Assembly (NCBI GenBank): GCA_036785375.1
Contig: JAWMAR010000005.1
Span: 16,244,001 to 16,308,000, forward strand
DNA length: 64,000 bases
Source: Leucoraja ocellata
Lineage: Eukaryota
Direction of reading: 5' to 3'
In this document: positions 62,501 through 64,000 of the stretch, piece after piece
How the letters are laid out: each line of letters opens with the position of its first letter
Position numbering within the stretch: position 1 is the stretch's first letter
Program-made: the position numbers and the translations under genes
The notes under the pieces: generated by a model
Database searches by the model: none
What the model saw: the letters and a program-made list of their open reading frames with translations, nothing else
What the model was told of the DNA's origin: nothing

Positions 62501-64000
62501 TGCTGAAATGGCCTACAAGAGCCATTTGGTGAATTGTGTAAACAATATATGTAGGATTCCTATACAGTATTTCTGTGAAATCGGCTTTGAAGGATTTGAA
62601 AATGTGCTCACTGTGGCTCACTCTTGATTAGTGGCAACATTGATCAGTAGCCATGAACAAACGTATTTACGTGCTATTGGGTTTTGAGGTTCTCAAAATG
62701 GCAAGTGTGTTGGAAGATAGAAGCCAACAAATAAATTAAAATGTGCCTAAATCTATCAAATAATAGAGGTAGTGTTAAGGCAACCCATGGTACTGAGCTA
62801 AACAGGGAGATTACCTCTGAGTTTTGCATCAGTTGTTTCCAGCTGGGTGGCCTCGTTTGTCAAGTCCCCATTTACAGGAGAACATGCAAATGCAACAGCT
62901 AGAGAAGAAATGCATTTTAAACTAGCAACGTACAGAAATCAATTATTCATTCTGAATCGTCTTTCCCTCAAGTCCATAAAATCATGTCAAACAAATTTAT
63001 CTGAGGCACTTCTTTTTGAAATGTTTTTATATTTTCCTAGATATCTACTGTCAAAGCAAAACTATCCTTTCTTTAAAAAACCCATTGCTATTTTCTAAGT
63101 TTGGCAATTGGAAGTTAGTACTAGTGTGATGAGTTTTACTGGGCTTTCAATAATTTAGGTACAGTAACATTTCAGTGACGTGAGGCCAAGCAGCAAAGAG
63201 GGGAAACTCTTTTTAAATCTAACTTTGAAGCAGTGCTTCGACAAAGAGCAGATTATGGCTTGCTTGGTGACTCCTTCCAGTTCTCTAGGCAATGAGCTGT
63301 TGACATTCTTGCAGGTTATCATCGAAGGCAGGAGGGCAACGCTCGGGCTTTAGCAGATAAATTCTCTCAAGAAAACCTCTCTCCATTTCATTATATATTG
63401 AAAGGTTTTGCATGGAAGCAGCATTGCTTATCAATAGAAACCCCATTTTTTATTTGTATCACCAACACAGATCACCTTATTTTTCATTCCTGTCTGATTA
63501 TTGGAAGTATAACAGTTGGAGTAAAACATTAATTTATTTTCTTCACAATATATTTAGTAGTTTAAAGAATGCTTTGTTTTTGAAAAGTGCTGCAGTCAAA
63601 TTTGAATTCAGGGCAAAAAATCAATATGTGATAAGATTCTCTTAATCATTTTCTTGTTCAAATTTATCAATCTTTGATTTCCTTTCTGTTTTCTAAAAAA
63701 AATCAATCACTTGCAGTTTAAAGTGGTCCTTAATGCAGATGCTGCTGATTCAGAGACTTGTTTAAAGTTTAACAGAGAAGACACCTATAGATTGAATGTG
63801 CAGGAAAAGCCTACCATAATGCAGAGTGTAAACCAGAGCTAACAAACACCCTGCTGTGTTGAAACCCCCCCAAAGACAAAGGCACAATGAAGTAGAGAGT
63901 TACGAGCGGCAGCTTTAAAAACGGCAAACTATACATCTCCGTCGCTCCAATTTTGTCAGAATGCTAATGAGCCAGCTCTGATCTCCCCTCAGCTTCCCGT

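Noticed and set aside
50164-64000. Next EHBP1 exon (expected GRNTEEEEAMMQEWF...)
   Set aside because: Not found by eye; probably beyond the window, though either N gap is large enough to hide it.

Overview
Eukaryotic (vertebrate) genomic DNA. The repeat families (HE1-type V-SINE, HER1-like CR1 LINEs, Neptune-type Penelope) point to a cartilaginous fish, probably a skate or ray (inference). The whole window lies inside one + strand gene, EHBP1. Six internal coding exons (18890-19037, 29721-29822, 38047-38177, 48571-48709, 48899-49008, 50040-50163) join in frame with GT-AG sites and match the coiled-coil region and start of the bMERB domain of vertebrate EHBP1 as I recall the human sequence; the ORF track misses five of them. 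The introns up to about 46 kb are dense with decayed, often nested retroelements: CR1 (one nearly full length, with esterase ORF1), Rex1/Babar, Penelope-like, Vingi, RTE-X, an invertebrate-type CR1 and V-SINE. There is also a non-autonomous Helitron, a hAT-like MITE, several minisatellites and two assembly gaps. The last ~17 kb is relatively TE-poor, consistent with the known EHBP1-OTX1 regulatory block. The most notable signals are minimal hammerhead ribozyme motifs in Penelope terminal repeats (including a TSD-flanked fold-back mini-element), the Helitron, two candidate horizontally transferred LINEs, an AT-rich hairpin before one exon, and a local duplication carrying a UUCG hairpin. No prokaryotic system or CRISPR array is present. 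TE boundaries are read by eye and are approximate.
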